From assembly GCA_951406725.2 (NCBI GenBank), contig OX597822.1, forward strand, positions 75,888,001 to 75,952,000: a DNA stretch of 64,000 bases, written 5' to 3'. Source of the stretch: Octopus vulgaris (Eukaryota). The translations under genes and the position numbers were made by a program. Below are positions 14,718-29,367 of this stretch, one piece after another (within the stretch, counting starts at the first letter, position 1; each line of letters begins with the position of its first letter). The notes below the pieces were generated by a model. The model made no database searches and had not been told where the DNA came from. It worked only from the letters and a program-made list of their open reading frames with translations.

Positions 14718-14798
14718 CGCATATATATATATATATATACATGAACACACAATTATAAGTGTCTAAATATACTTGTGGGTACATAGGTATATATATAA

Positions 14799-14846
<48 letters not shown>

Positions 14847-14955
14847 CATGTATATATGCATACATATATACTTACATACACATGTGTATATATATATATT
14901 TATACGCACACGCACATATATATACATACACAAGTGTATATATATATATATATAT

Positions 14956-15001
<46 letters not shown>

Positions 15002-15072
15002 GATGGTTTGTTTAAACGAAACCTTTTAGGCAAGCAATTGTGAGCATACCCCGACACGCACCACATGTAGAG

Positions 15073-15130
<58 letters not shown>

Positions 15131-15344
15131 GAATGAATTCAAATTTGACAGTTAATCAAATGGTTTATAACGTATCTATAAATATCTATCAACGAGTGAT
15201 TATCTGTGTACGTTTGAGTCCGTTTAACTATAGAAGGCTAAAAGTAAAATATACATTATTTTCCAAAGTTTCCAATACACACGTATAACGTATATATGAA
15301 CATTTACGCAAAAACATACATACATATATATATATATACTTACA

Positions 15345-15394
<50 letters not shown>

Positions 15395-16416
15395 TAGATA
15401 GATAGATATAAATATACGTATATTTATATCTAGGTATAAAAACCGTCACGCGTGAATGCTTTTATTTCTACAAAATCTGGCATAAAGCTAAATGAACCTC
15501 TACGCATATACGCATATATTTATGATAAATTAATTCATTTGCCATGCATATATTTAGATACGTGAGTGATCGTGTGTCTGTTTTTTTTATGTGTGCGTTA
15601 ACGAACTTGTGTGTCTGTCTGTTTCTCATATGTGTAGATGTATAGGTGAACGTGTATTTGAGGCCACATATCACATACTGTGTAGTATACATGTGATGGA
15701 AGTAACAAATATAAATATAATCTTAAAAATAACATGCACGTCCCGCCAGCCCACCCCACCGTTATCTATAAATGAAAAGAATTTAAAAAAAAAAAAAATT
15801 CTTTCACCATCCACTTAGAGTTTTGCTTGTAACATTTCCTTTTCATTAGATGCAATTAACTGTCAAATTAAAGAGGAGACACTTGGGGAAAATAGAAAAA
15901 TAGGCTTAGAATGGGTTTTGCATGTGTAAATATTCGTGTAGAGGACAACAATGATGATGATGAGGAGGAGGAGGAGGTGGATGGAGAAACTTCGGAACTC
16001 ATAGTGTTAATGGAATATCATGCCTTCTCTCCAACTTTGGCTCGTTCTCTTTGCATATATGAGGGCATATACTAACATATACATACAGAGAGACACATAC
16101 GCACGCACACAAACAGACACACACATATGTATATATATTTATACATACATATATATATTTACATATATATATATGCATATATCTATCTATATATATATGT
16201 ATATATATATATGTCAGATATTTAATTGTGCATTCGTAGAAACTTACACAGACATGCCTTCATGTATGTATATATATATTTGTGTGTGTGTGTGTACGTA
16301 TGTATATACCCACACTTTTATTTACACGAACGTAAATGCTCTACTAGATAAATACATTACCACTTACGCAGTAACGTCAACATTCTTGCACACAGATACA
16401 TCAATAAGTACGAACA

Positions 16417-16466
<50 letters not shown>

Positions 16467-16649
16467 CATATATATATATATACATGCATACATATATATA
16501 TATATATATACATACATATATATATACATATACATATATATACATTTATATACATATATATACACATATATATATATAAACGCATATATATACACATACA
16601 TATATATATATATATACATACATACATACATATATACATACATACATAC

Positions 16650-16693
<44 letters not shown>

Positions 16694-16787
16694 CTATGTT
16701 AACGCTGACAGGTGTGACTATTAGAGAAATTCAAGGCAATCCAATATGAAGGTACTGATGCAGATAAAGACAAGTGGGCGTAATACA

Positions 16788-17008
16788 CAGGGTAGGTCAA
16801 AAGTCACGCTCCAGGATTAAACATAATCTGAAATATGTTGTTCCGGAATTGTCAAAGACATGCTTTAATTTCCCTAAAATTGAATAAAATAAACAAAATA
16901 ATGTTGAATACACACATACTTATACACGATGAACACATTGGAAAAGAATAATATCGTAATATAAATAAAATCTTAATTATTTTTGTACGTAACTTTTGGG
17001 CCAGCCTG
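16788..17008. mobile_element. Tc1/mariner-type MITE
   Basis: Imperfect TIRs CAGGGTAGGTCAAAAGTCACG / CGTAACTTTTGGGCCAGCCTG, with TA on the right flank. Confidence 0.65.
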
Positions 17009-17237
17009 TATATATATAAGCTTTTTCAAAAGTCTAACTAGAAACTCGCCTGTACACGTAATCACTCTTCTCACCCGCCTGTAATATTAAAAAAAAATAC
17101 TTATAGCGAATATTAGTAACTGACTGTCTAACTTCTTTTTCTTTAAGGAAATTTTCGAGTAAGCAGTCTCCTGCAATAAAAATGGTCGAGTGAGTCAATA
17201 GTGGTTTCAAAGATGAATTAATATATAATCCCTCTAA

Positions 17238-17450
17238 GGTGGCGAGCTAGTAGAAACGTTAGCACGCTGGGCGAAATGCTTAGCGGTATTCCGTCTATCT
17301 TTACTTTCTGAGTTCATATTCAGCCGAGGTCGACTTTGCCTTTTATCCCTTTGGGGTGGATTAATTAAGTATCAGTTACGTACTTAGGTCGATCTAATCG
17401 ACTGGCCCCCTTCCCAAAAGTTTCGGGCTTTGTGCCTACAGTAGAAAAAA
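17238..17450 (+). mobile_element. SINE family B (Meta-domain-like centre) with intact TSD
   Basis: Central GCCGAGGTCGACTTTGCCTTTTATCCCTTTGGGG. Flanked by the perfect direct repeat ATATATAATCCCTCTAA (17221-17237 and 17451-17467). Confidence 0.9.
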
Positions 17451-17765
17451 ATATATAATCCCTCTAATATTAATTAGAATAATATCCCTAGTGGCCTCAA
17501 TGATAAATCAATAGATGTTCCCTCTAATAATCAGAATAATGATAATAGACCTAAAAATAGACTAAGAAAAATAATTTGATTCGCCTCACCCTTTTCCCTT
17601 TATGTGAAACTAACATAAGTAAATGATTCTTGTCTCTCCCAGAGAAACATCTTCCAGTAACTCTGGAACATTCGTGCAGTTCCAAGCAATAATACTTTCT
17701 GTAGAGGCTCCATCTTCATATTTCTTCTTATCTTTACACTCCGGTCTGCCAGTTTGATGATTATA

Positions 17766-18632
17766 CAGCGTGCGATGAATAAATTGTCATGTAAATTACA
17801 AAAAATGAGAATAACACTGACCTCTCATTGTAACAGTTATATTTACCAAAATTATATTAAAATATCTCGAAGATATCTAAAGAGTAAATTTATTCGTGAA
17901 AATCGCCACGACTTCCAGACGACTTCGAAATCTCCTGGAACTCTTCTGGACGACCTCCTTATTTAAGTTGGTGAAAACTGCCATAATCCTAGCCTTCAGT
18001 TCATCTTTGGCATTACAAGGGGTTTTGTTAGTCTCTCGCTCAACTGCGCCCCACACATAATAATCAAGGGGGTTGCAGTTTGGTGAGTTAGGTGGCCAGA
18101 TATTAGGGGTGATTGATGTGGTTGCAGAAATTATCTGACAGCCATGACAGGGTTCTCCTGCTTGTGTAGTATGGTGCAGAGTCCTGTTGTCAGATATAGG
18201 GTCTTCCAGCAGCCACCCTCTTGACCCAGCGCAATAGTACATCCTCTAGGCACTTGATGTAGGCCTCTATGGTGAGTCTGGGGCCGTGTGAGATGATGAA
18301 TGGAGGAATAACATCGCCATCACTAGTGATCACCCCAAACACCATGATGTTGAGTGGATGTTTGATTTTTTATCACTCTCGGTACATGTTCTCAGATTGC
18401 ACTATCCTCAGATTGACACTAAAACACTCTGAAATATTCTTATTGGAGCCTCCAGCGAGAATGCCACGCAGTACAGCATCTTGGTTCCAAATTTCTGGCA
18501 TGGTGCTGTTTTTCTCGCAGATGGTGCCCAACTGACCTTACTATACTCTGTAGCCGACGAAATCAAAACCAAACAAGCCGCATGCGCGAAATCAAAGATA
18601 TAAAATGGCAACAGTTTACCAATCGCACGCTG
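17766..18632 (-). mobile_element. Internally deleted Tc1/mariner-superfamily transposon (maT/DD37D-like)
   Basis: TIRs CAGCGTGCGAT / ATCGCACGCTG with TA on both sides. ORF 17877-18242 contains WPPNSPNCNPLDYYVWGAVE...RRFRSRLE, a transposase C-terminal motif. Confidence 0.92.
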
Positions 18633-19304
18633 TAATAAAATTTTGACTTTCTTTTGTAACTCACAAAAAACAAAACACTTGCTTTATTTTAGTTTATTAT
18701 CGAGTGCTTGACACATTTATCCAAGCAAGCTGCAATAAAAGAAACACACAGATTAATCTTCTGACCACATTGAAAGTTCTGACGTTATTCATTGTGAATC
18801 TGGATTTACAGCATATAGGACAGACACAAAAAATATTGCTGAACATGACTTCAGCATAATTGGATAACATTGAAGAGTTAAAAACAAGAGAAACTAAAAT
18901 ATATTTAGTGGAGTTATGAACTCCATAATATGATGTATATCTGCCATTAACAGGCAGATTATCTCCCTTGGTAACGTAAATGGAATGAAAATATATTCAG
19001 ACGAAGGTCGTACCGAGGTTAAGTATTTTCCTTTAGATACATACGCCAAGAAGCGTTATTTGTTAAAACGTAAAAGGTGGGTTTATGGTTTCAACTGTAT
19101 TGAACAAAAGAGAAAATTGAATGCAAATAACAGTAAGCAAATATATTCGTAGAGCATATCCGTGTTTCTGTCTGCTATTATGTCACCTTGGAGTAAGACT
19201 GTCCACCTACCGCTAGCTATGAGAGAGCAGAAAGAGACTGAAACATTTTTACAATATCTATCTGCAGGGGTTGGACAAAATAATTGGAACAGTAGAAATT
19301 TAAC

Positions 19305-19549
19305 TCCGCTAAGTTACGGAGGCATAAACACACCAACATCAGTTGTCAAGCGATAATGGGGGAGAAACACAGACACAGACACACACACATACATACGACA
19401 GGCTTCTCTCAATTTCCGTCTACCAAATCCACACACAAGTCTTTGGTCGGCCAGAGGCTATAGTGGAAGGCACTTGCTCACGGCTCCACGCACAGTAAGA
19501 CTGAACCCAGAACCATATAATTGGGAAGCAAGCTTCTTATCACACAGCC
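19305..19549 (-). mobile_element. SINE family A, 5' portion
   Basis: Head and body present; ends at a Tc1-TIR-like sequence (19265-19304). Confidence 0.85.
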
Positions 19550-19567
19550 CCTTCTCTCTCTCTCTCC

Positions 19568-19622
<55 letters not shown>

Positions 19623-19746
19623 CATAGTCACTAAAGCGATTGAGAGTGCGGTGCTATTCAACATCTGTATTGCTAGAAATAAGAGTCAAAGCAATCATAC
19701 TCACAATAACGCACCATCTTATTGACTGACAAAGGAGGCAGTCAAC

Positions 19747-20350
<604 letters not shown>

Positions 20351-20351
20351 A

Positions 20352-21046
20352 TATGTAGAAAAATACAAACTGGGACAAGAACGTAAAATATTTAGAAGAC
20401 GATACAAAAAACACGGACGGGACATTCGAAGCTTTCAATCTTCAGTCAAGAACCGGATCATCCTCGCCATTTCGGCTGATTAATCTTGAGATCGCTCCGA
20501 TCCGGCCAGCCTCAAGGAAAAACTAAGCTACGAGCATTAGATTTCTTGGAAAAAGGATCGAATGTATACGAAACAAGGACAGAAAAACGGACGATGCCAC
20601 ACGAATATAAATACAAAAAACAATAATAGTAATAACAGGACAAAAACAGCGGGTGTCTTACGACTTTAGACAGTTCAACGAAGCTTAGCTGGCGTATTTG
20701 GAAAAAAATGCTTTGACGGCAGACGAAGAAAACGATGTTGTCGTGGCGGTGGTTAGAAGCCGAATGGCTAGTTGATCGGAGGTCACGTGAGAGGAGAAGA
20801 GAGAGAGAAAAAAAGGGGGCAAAGGAATCAAAGAGAGAGAGAGAAAAAGAGTAACAAAGGCATCAAAGGGAGAGGGAAGAGAGAGAAAGAAGGAATTAAA
20901 GAGGGGAGAAGAAAGAGAGCGTGCCAAGGATTGGCTTGGCGACAGAATCAGTGAGGTGCAAAGTGAGAAAGACAGAGAAATGTGAGAGAGTGGGGGAAGA
21001 GGAGACCAAAGAATCAGAGGCAAGAAAAGAGAAAAGGAGGAGGAGA

Positions 21047-21097
<51 letters not shown>

Positions 21098-21528
21098 TAT
21101 ATCAAAGTGGAGTGCAAAGTGTGAAAGGTAGAGAAATGTAGGAGAGGGGTGAGAGAGAGACAGTGTATTAGAGTCGTACCAAATTTAAAGAAATATGTAC
21201 TTACATACAGACCAAAAAGGGTACGGGCGCCGCTATATATATTACTCTTTACTCTTTTACTCTTTTACTTGTTTCAGTCATTTGACTGCGGCCATGCTGG
21301 AGCACCACCTTTTAGTCGAGCAACTCCACCCCGGGACTTATTCTTTTTGTAAGCCCAGTACTTATTCTATCGGTCTCTTTTTGCCGAACCGCTAATGTAG
21401 AAAAATACAAACTGGAACAAGAACGTAAAACATTTAGAAGACGATGCAAAAAACACGGACGGGACATTCGAAGCCTTCAATCTTCAGTCAAGAACTGGAT
21501 CATCCTCGCCATTTCGGCTGATTAATCT
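20352..21528. mobile_element. Element with ~133 bp direct terminal repeats between (TA)n tracts (pLTR-like)
   Basis: 20352-20486 is repeated at 21395-21528 (ATGTAGAAAAATACAAACTGG...GGCTGATTAATCTT). Confidence 0.6.
21241..21394 (-). mobile_element. SINE family A, 3' part
   Basis: Tail and (TACTCTTT)n present. Confidence 0.9.
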
Positions 21529-21530
21529 TA

Positions 21531-21618
<88 letters not shown>

Positions 21619-21839
21619 GTGAGAGGGAGAAAGAAGATAGGTGCAGCGTGGCTGTGTTGTAAAAAGCTTGCCTCCGGTTTGACGACGTCGATCGTGTTTT
21701 TTTCTGTAAGTTATCGTTTTTTCTGTTGAAATTCTGTTATTTGTTGTGAATAATTGTTGAAGAGTGTTATTCTAAACTGCCACCTGTTTGCAGACTTTGT
21801 TGAACTATTTTATTTCCCGGTATACCGGGGAATTAAAGC

Positions 21840-22065
21840 ACCGAGCTGGCAGAATCGCTAGCACGCCGGGCGAAATGCTTAGCGGTATTTCGTCTATCTT
21901 TATGTTCTGAGTTCATATTCCGCCGAGGTCGACTTTGCCTTTCATCCTTTCGGGGTCGATTAAATAAGTACCAGTTACGCACTGGGGTCGATATAATCAA
22001 CTTAATCCGTTTGTCTGTCCTTCTTTTTCCTCTCTGTGTTTAGCCCTTTGTGAGTAGTAAAGAAA
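21840..22065 (+). mobile_element. SINE family B
   Basis: CGAGCTGGCAGAATCGCTAGCACGCCGGGCGAAATG head plus central domain. Confidence 0.9.
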
Positions 22066-22399
22066 CAGGTATACCGTGGAATAAAGAATTTTTGTAGCCA
22101 ATTGCCATTTATACATTCGTGCGGATTTTTATCGGAGTACACATTGTTATTATTTGGCCTTTGTGGGCATTGTGGAGCTACGCCTCTCCATCAAACATGG
22201 GTGGGATTTGAACTGTATGTGTGTGTGTGCGTGTGTGTGTCTGTGTCAGTGTTTCTTCCCCATTATCGCTTGACAACCGATGTTGGTGTATTTATGCCTC
22301 CGTAACTTAGCGGAGTTAAATTTCTACTGTTCCAATTATTTTGTCCAATTATTTTGAACCAGAAAAAAAGGAAACCTATAATTTTTGTTTTGAAGGGGA

Positions 22400-24340
22400 A
22401 AAAAGGACTTTTTCAGCCGTTTTTTGAGTCGTTGGGCTAACAGGGGTGGGTTTTGAACTCACATTGCTTATAAAAGAAAACAAAATTGGATATGTGTCGG
22501 GAAACCTACGTTTTTTTTATGCGTTTTTTGCTAATTTATCTCGACCGAAATGTTGGTGGAGATAATTAGGAAAACTGCTCTCTCGAAGAGAGTGATGCTT
22601 TGGAGGCTAATCAACCTCCAAAACAAGTTACCAAAGGCTTTGCAGCAGTATCCACTGTACAAACTGAAAGTCTGGAAATCCCATTAGTGGACCTCCAGGA
22701 GATTTTCAAAAGAATGACAGAGGAGGAGCGCGATGTAAAAATATTGCCTCCCACCAACGCAACAGGGGAAATCAAATAAAGAACCATTGTTTTCAAAACG
22801 TTTTGCCCAGGAGAAAAGAAGATGGTACATATGGACCATAAAATTGAAAAATGCCTTGCACCAATCTGGAATGACATTATTTATGTTACAAGAGAGAAGA
22901 AATTTGGCACATAGAAGCCAGATTGAGGACGATAGAGTACGCCCGCGAGAACTCTGTCAGCCCGTTAAAAAGAAATGAAGTGGTGCTTCTGCCGACCTCT
23001 ATGGGGCGGCGCACGTCCCGTGTCAAGGTAACAGAAGTACCGCTGGAGATTGATGCCGTGTGGGTATTGGCCGCCGTGTTATTTAACAGAGAAGACAAAG
23101 TTAACATAAGTGACATGGTCTCCCTTCCCCTCCAAATTGGCTTGGGAAGAGCATCGCGGCCATCATTCAAGTGGCACCGAAAGATTAGGAAAGGATTCCC
23201 CACAGAGTGCTCGTGGGTGAGGACGTAGTCCTGAAAATTCAAGTGGTGGTGGTGGGGGAAAATCCCAGGGGGGTTTAAATTTGACCAAAAAAGGCACATA
23301 AGGGACGATTGTGACTCTGAAAAAAATAAAAGGAAGAAAATTCAAAGGTCTAAACAACAGTGGATACATTTACACCCGTCCTCCCAAAAACCGAAAAAAC
23401 TGCCGCCAAACCCACACCCATACCCACACCAACCCCAACATTAGCAAAAACACCCACTCTCCCAACTGCGGTGCCTACACAATGCCCCAAACAAGTATTC
23501 CAAAAGCCCCAACCCATGCACACACCGGTCCCGACAACAACAAAAATACCCACCTCCGTAAAAGTGCAACTCCCCCAGATGATACCATAGATGTAGCCGA
23601 GGAGGAGTTCACTATTGTTCGAAGCTCCACCAAAAGACTGTTGGCACAATCCCCATTCACATCCACCATAAAAAACAGAAAATCTAACGGCTCAGGCATT
23701 AAAATATCCCCGCCCAACCGTCCCAGAAAAACCAGGTGAAAAAAGGATTTTGGTCGAATTCGACCCGAGGGGCAAGTACACTATTGATGTTACATTGCCA
23801 CACCACACCACTGTAATATGTCCATTGCACAAAAACTATCCTAGACGATGTAGATGGATAGGCGAAACAATGTTTAAAAAATTGAAGGAGAGACATCCAA
23901 AAGCCATCTCAGGATTAAAATACCTCCCAATATACCTCAGGAAAGAGGAGAAAAGAGGAACCTCCTTACGAGACGTGAGGTCGGTCCCTACATCACCAAT
24001 GAAAAGTAATTAGGACGTTTACTTTTCTTTAAAGTGTTAACACTTAACCTTGGCTGCTTAAATGTGCGTGGTCTGAGCAAGAAGTGGAAGCAAGCATGTT
24101 CCTCGAAGACATCAGATCACATGATATATATATGATGGTTGCAACAGAAGGTTACAAACCTTCTCGGCTCTCCAGAATGGCTATGAGAAAAGTATGTCTC
24201 CTGGCCAGATCAGAGGTCGAGGTGGGTGTAGTAGTCCTGGTCCGAAAAGGCTTGGCTCTGCAGACAAGTACAGTCTTTGTGGACCTTGACGTGATATACA
24301 GCAGTAAGGCTTTCATGTTGATCGATATTTATGCACCTTG
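22400..24340 (+). mobile_element. Decayed L1/Tx1-like LINE: ORF1 remnants and start of the APE endonuclease
   Basis: At ~24040 it reads LNLGCLNVRGLS (APE motif I), then frameshifted MMVATE and GVVVLVRKG. Upstream broken ORF1-like frames include SRVKVTEVPLEIDAVWV. Cut off by a SINE at 24341. Confidence 0.7.
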
Positions 24341-24470
24341 GGCTTCTTTCAGTTTCCGTCTACCGAATCCACTCAAACAAAGCTTTGGTTGTCCCGAGGC
24401 TATAGTGGAAGACACTTGCCCGAGGTGACACGCAGTGGGAATGAATTCGAAACCATGTGGTTGGTAAGCA
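24341..24470 (-). mobile_element. SINE family A head
   Basis: Matches the family 5' half. Confidence 0.85.
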
Positions 24471-24811
24471 AAAAAAAAAAAAAATGAAGGAAAAAAATTC
24501 TGGATACTTATTTTATTGGTATCGCAATAAGAACATAGCAAATAGTTACATTCATCTAGCTAAGTGACTATGCACCTCTATTCAAGGTTTAGCTATTCTC
24601 GTGCTTTGCAACGAATTATGGGTGCGTTCGTTTCAGATGATTCTTCAGGTAAGAAAAGAAATAAAGTGATTCCAGGACTTACCCATCGGATAAAATATAT
24701 TGAGATTGCTTACTTCAAATAATCCTAGGTGTTGCTTACCACTTGATGAGGTAGCTATAACTTGCATTTCAGTTGGGTGCTTGAACGGTACCCGCTGGGA
24801 TTTACTATTCC

Positions 24812-24931
<120 letters not shown>

Positions 24932-24934
24932 GTG

Positions 24935-24990
<56 letters not shown>

Positions 24991-24992
<2 letters not shown>

Positions 24993-25288
24993 AGGCGCAA
25001 CGGCCTAGTGGTTAGGGCAGCGGACTCGCGGTCGTAGGATCGCGGTTTCGATTCCCAGACCGGGCGTTGTGAGTGTTTATTGAGCGAAAACACCTAAAAG
25101 CTCCACGAGGCTCCGGCAGGGGGGGTGGTGATCCCTGCTGTACTCTTTCACCACTCTTTCTCCACTCTTTCTTCTGTTGGCCTGCTCGCTTAGCCAGCGG
25201 GGTGGCGTCATTCGAAGGCTAAAACAATGCGAACGCATTGTGGCCAGCCATGTGTAACTACATCTGATGGACTGGTCGGTCACGTGAT

Positions 25289-25295
<7 letters not shown>
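24991..25295 (+). mobile_element. tRNA-derived SINE (family D)
   Basis: GGAGGCGCAACGGCCTAGTGGTTAGGGCAGCGGACTCG...GTTTCGATTCCC. The same head is at 59148. Confidence 0.9.
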
Positions 25296-25330
<35 letters not shown>

Positions 25331-25447
25331 TTCTATCTATCGATGTGTGTGTGTTAACATGTGTCACTATCATACAAGTGCTATCGTTTTATTTGCAAAC
25401 GACCACGAAAACATGTCCAGCTTTCAAATTGTTCGTTTTTCAAAATT

Positions 25448-25682
25448 ACTCTTCTATTCGTTTTCAGTCATTTAACTTTGGCCATGCTGGAGCACCGCCT
25501 TTAGTCGAGCAAATCGAACCCAGGTCTTATTCTTTGGAAGCCTAGTATTTATTCTATCGGTCTCTTTTGCCGAACCGCTAAGTTACGGGGACGTAAACAC
25601 ACCACCACCGGTTGTCAAGAGATTTGGGGAGGGGACAAACACAGATACACAAACATATACACACACATATATACATACACAT

Positions 25683-25748
<66 letters not shown>

Positions 25749-25784
25749 CTCATATATATATCATATATATATATATATATATAT

Positions 25785-25825
<41 letters not shown>

Positions 25826-25977
25826 GACGGGCTTGTTTCATTTTCCGTCTACTAAATCCACTCACAAGGCTTTGGTCGACCCGAGGCTATAGTAGAAGAC
25901 ACTTGCCCAAGGTGCCACACAGTTGGAATGAACCCGGAACCATTTGGTTGGTAAGCAAGCTACTTACCACACAGCCA
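25448..25977 (-). mobile_element. SINE family A
   Basis: Full tail, body and head with internal microsatellite. Confidence 0.9.
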
Positions 25978-26666
25978 AGAAAAGACGATTTCGTTTTGAA
26001 GCCTCTGCTATAATTCCGACGAGATTTGGTCTAGTTTTTATCGACAATAATTACTGAGTTGTTGTTGACTATACCAACGATATGACGGATGAATAATTAC
26101 AACAGAAAAATTAAGCATTATTATCGCAAATAAATATCTGTTATTAGTCCATCTCTAAAACAGATAAATGTTACCTTAAAGTAGTAAACAAGTTCTAAAC
26201 ATTACAAATATTCTCAAGTGGAGTTCCAAAACAGCAACATTATTCGTTAATTTAATAAAAAAAACTATCAGTTTCAGAGAGATAATTATCAAATATATGC
26301 TAATAAATAGCAACACTTCTTTCCAAGAAACGTCTTAAACGAAAATGGAAGTAATGAATAGAGATAGTAAACATGCTAATATATATATATATATTCATCT
26401 ACCTCGATCGGGTGCTAAAAGCTTTCAAGTGACAAATTCCGTCAGAAGACGCGAAGCAGCAGGAAGCGTAATAATTTACAAGAAATTTAGAAGTCAAACA
26501 TTACTCTACAAAGAAATGAGATTGTTAGAAAATTACGGCGGTACCTTCTCAAGAAGAGAGAAATATATCCATATATCCTGGAGAGATGTCTGGAGAGACT
26601 ATATATATATATATATAGTAATTATACTCTCAGCTTGAAGAGGAGCCTGCAACATACACCTCTCTT

Positions 26667-26731
<65 letters not shown>

Positions 26732-26758
26732 TGTATAGAGAGAGAAAGAAACAGTTTG

Positions 26759-27082
26759 GTACTCTGAGTATCGAGCGTGTGGCAAGTGTTCGGCCATTGG
26801 AGTCTGAATGAGAGTTCGATTGAAGAGTCCAAAGACTACTGGACGTTAGTCTGCGATTGGTCCAGAAAGGTCACGCGGTATAACAATATGTTGTTAGTAT
26901 TTTAGCGACAACACTTACTTGAAAAATACTGCATGGTGAATCGACAGCGTGAACAGGAAATCGGGCGTGTGGTTGGGGAGGTGTAAGCTAACGTCCAGTA
27001 GTAAACACTGACTCTCTTCGATGGAACTCTTATTTAGATACCAATGACCGAAGACTAGCCACACGCTTGAAACTCAGAGTAC
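26759..27082. mobile_element. Fold-back element with ~90 bp arms and a weak hammerhead-like motif
   Basis: 26759-26849 is the inverse of 26988-27082. Right arm reads CCGAAGA-CTAGC-CACAC-GCTT-GAAACTCAGAGTA. (TA)n tracts lie on both sides. Confidence 0.7.
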
Positions 27083-27170
27083 TAAGGATTCTTAATCAAA
27101 CTGTTTTAATCTGTACGTGTAACTCCCAATATATGTGTTGAGTGCCTTTCTTTCGTTTGTATACTCACTC

Positions 27171-27217
<47 letters not shown>

Positions 27218-27412
27218 CTCACTCGTATGTAAATGTATATGTATTTTTCATTGTTCACAAATAACGCGGAAAAAATAAATAGTTACCAGGGTAGCAAAAA
27301 TTCATATAAGTACTTATAATGGTAGAAATTCCAGAGTTTAGTGAAATGTTTTTGTTAGCATAGAAAAATAAATAACTGTCGTTAAACGCAGGTGTTATTC
27401 AAATCTTTATAC

Positions 27413-27480
27413 TTCCGACATATGTTTCAAAGTAAATATTGGTATTATTCCAGAAGGAATAAAATGATCTCATCAGGGAA
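27413..27480 (-). ncRNA. Type-I hammerhead motif with canonical core and long stem II
   Basis: TTCC-CTGATGA-[GATCATTT TATTCC TTCT GGAATA ATACCAATATTTACTTT]-GAA-ACATATGT-C-GGAA. A partial inverted copy is at 27753-27815. Confidence 0.65.
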
Positions 27481-27818
27481 AAAAGAGAAACAAAGCGTAT
27501 CAATAAGACACTTTAACCGAATATGATTACTGCATATATGACGTAGAGAACGCTGGTAAGTTATTTTGTTTTTAAAAACCGTCAATAGATATAACGTCAA
27601 AAGCAATTTAAAGAAAGAGAAGGAAGGGGAAGAAAGAAATTAGGAGAAAATTAAGAGTGGAGAAATATAGTGCGATAGGTGAATAGGAATAAAGATTAAA
27701 GGTCTGGAAATAGATATATATATTGGAAATGAAATGTAAGAAGACAGTTAAAAACCAATGTTTCTCCGAAACATATGTCGGAAGTATAAGGATTTGAATA
27801 ACAACTGTGTTTAACTCC

Positions 27819-27899
<81 letters not shown>

Positions 27900-28124
27900 G
27901 TTTTAGTTCAAACTTAGCGGAATGAAATAATACTATTTCCTTCCATCCTTTACATAACTTCTTCATATACTCTTTGTCTCCCTATCATCTCGAAGTGGTC
28001 CCCTCCGATTTCGTTAATACTATTCCGCAACTGCACGATTGTCCGGCCCAGCACAACTTGTGATTTCAGTATTCTGCAAGAATATCGCCCACTCTACTCT
28101 CTTCTTGATTTGCATTTCTGATAC

Positions 28125-28533
28125 GGGATCTTTTCACTTTGACAGACAGATTTTTGAAATAATTTCTATGTAACTAAACACTTTTAAACTTCGTATACTG
28201 GTAATGTGTTATATAAAACATCTTTTTCTCCTGGCTTTCTTGGGAAAATTCTGTAGTTTGTAAGCTATTTGAAATATGTCATAAATAACAGTGACAGATT
28301 GATATGACACCGCCAGAAAATGTTGTATTCACCTCAATAGACATCATTGATTGTTTGAAATTGCCGAAATGCAAGAAATTAAACAACAAATAGCTTACAA
28401 ACTACAGAATTTTCTCAAGAAAGCCAAGACAAAAAGATGTTTTATGTAACACACTACCAGTATACGAAGTTTAAGAGTATTTAGTTACATAGAAATTATT
28501 TTTAAAATCTGCCGGTCAAAGTGAAAAGATCCC
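28125..28533. mobile_element. MITE with ~145 bp TIRs
   Basis: GGGATCTTTTCACTTTGAC... / ...GTCAAAGTGAAAAGATCCC. Arms ~28125-28270 and ~28388-28533. Confidence 0.92.
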
Positions 28534-28567
28534 TGATATGATCCCGCAGCGATATTCCTGGTAAAGT

Positions 28568-28599
<32 letters not shown>

Positions 28600-28638
28600 T
28601 GTATGTATGTATGTATGTATGTTATGTATGTATGTATG

Positions 28639-28735
<97 letters not shown>

Positions 28736-28842
28736 ATAAAGGCATATATTAGGAGAGAATTCACAAAAAAAAACAAAAGACGACGACAGGTGGTGTAGAC
28801 AACAAATAGATGTATTAGTTTAACGTTCGGGAAGTGAAAAAG

Positions 28843-28881
28843 TCCTGAACGTTTCGAGCCTTTGCTCTTCCACAGAAAGGA
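28843..28881 (-). ncRNA. Degenerate hammerhead-like motif in a PLE-like end abutting (TA)n
   Basis: TCCTTT-CTGTGGA-A-GAGC-AAAG-GCTC-GAA-ACGT-T-CAGGA. Same layout as 943-977, but A6 is changed. Confidence 0.5.
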
Positions 28882-29367
28882 ACATAGAAAGAAACAAGGA
28901 GAGAAAATAAAGAATGTGTAGTGGCTCGCGATATATCATGGCGAATGCAGGACAGAGGGGTCACACAGGAGAGCTAGGAAGAAGGGATGCTTGTACCCCC
29001 ATGTTTTGGTTTTGTGTGGCAATCAATATTCCTTTTGTGCTCTCTTATTTGCCTGCTGTCCTATGCTGTACTGAAACATTTCCATTTCGACCACGCTTTA
29101 GTTCCTTTTTGTCAAGTATTGACCGTATCAGGATTTTCTTGCCAACTCCATAGCATACTTTAAATCCAATTTTTAATTTAAAATTTCATCAATTATTTGT
29201 TTTTATTGTTCGTCAGTCAACCTCGTAGCTGTTTGTTACACCAGCCTCTTGTTGATATTTTCTTAAACATTTTTGTAAATAATTTTGTTTGTATTTTATA
29301 ACCACTTGTATTACTTTCCATTCACCCCGTAACTAACAAAGTTGTTTTAACTATAAACAAGTGTAGA

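Noticed and set aside
20430-20520. CTGAAGA and CCGAAA on the minus strand as a hammerhead
   Set aside because: Core elements are in the wrong order and the stems do not close.
23311-23739. Pro/Thr-rich ORFs as a host gene
   Set aside because: They lie between ORF1-like remnants and the APE start of the decayed LINE, so they are better explained as part of it.
24991-25070. tRNA-like sequences here and at other SINE heads
   Set aside because: They continue into SINE bodies and lack a clean acceptor stem, so they are SINE heads rather than tRNA genes.
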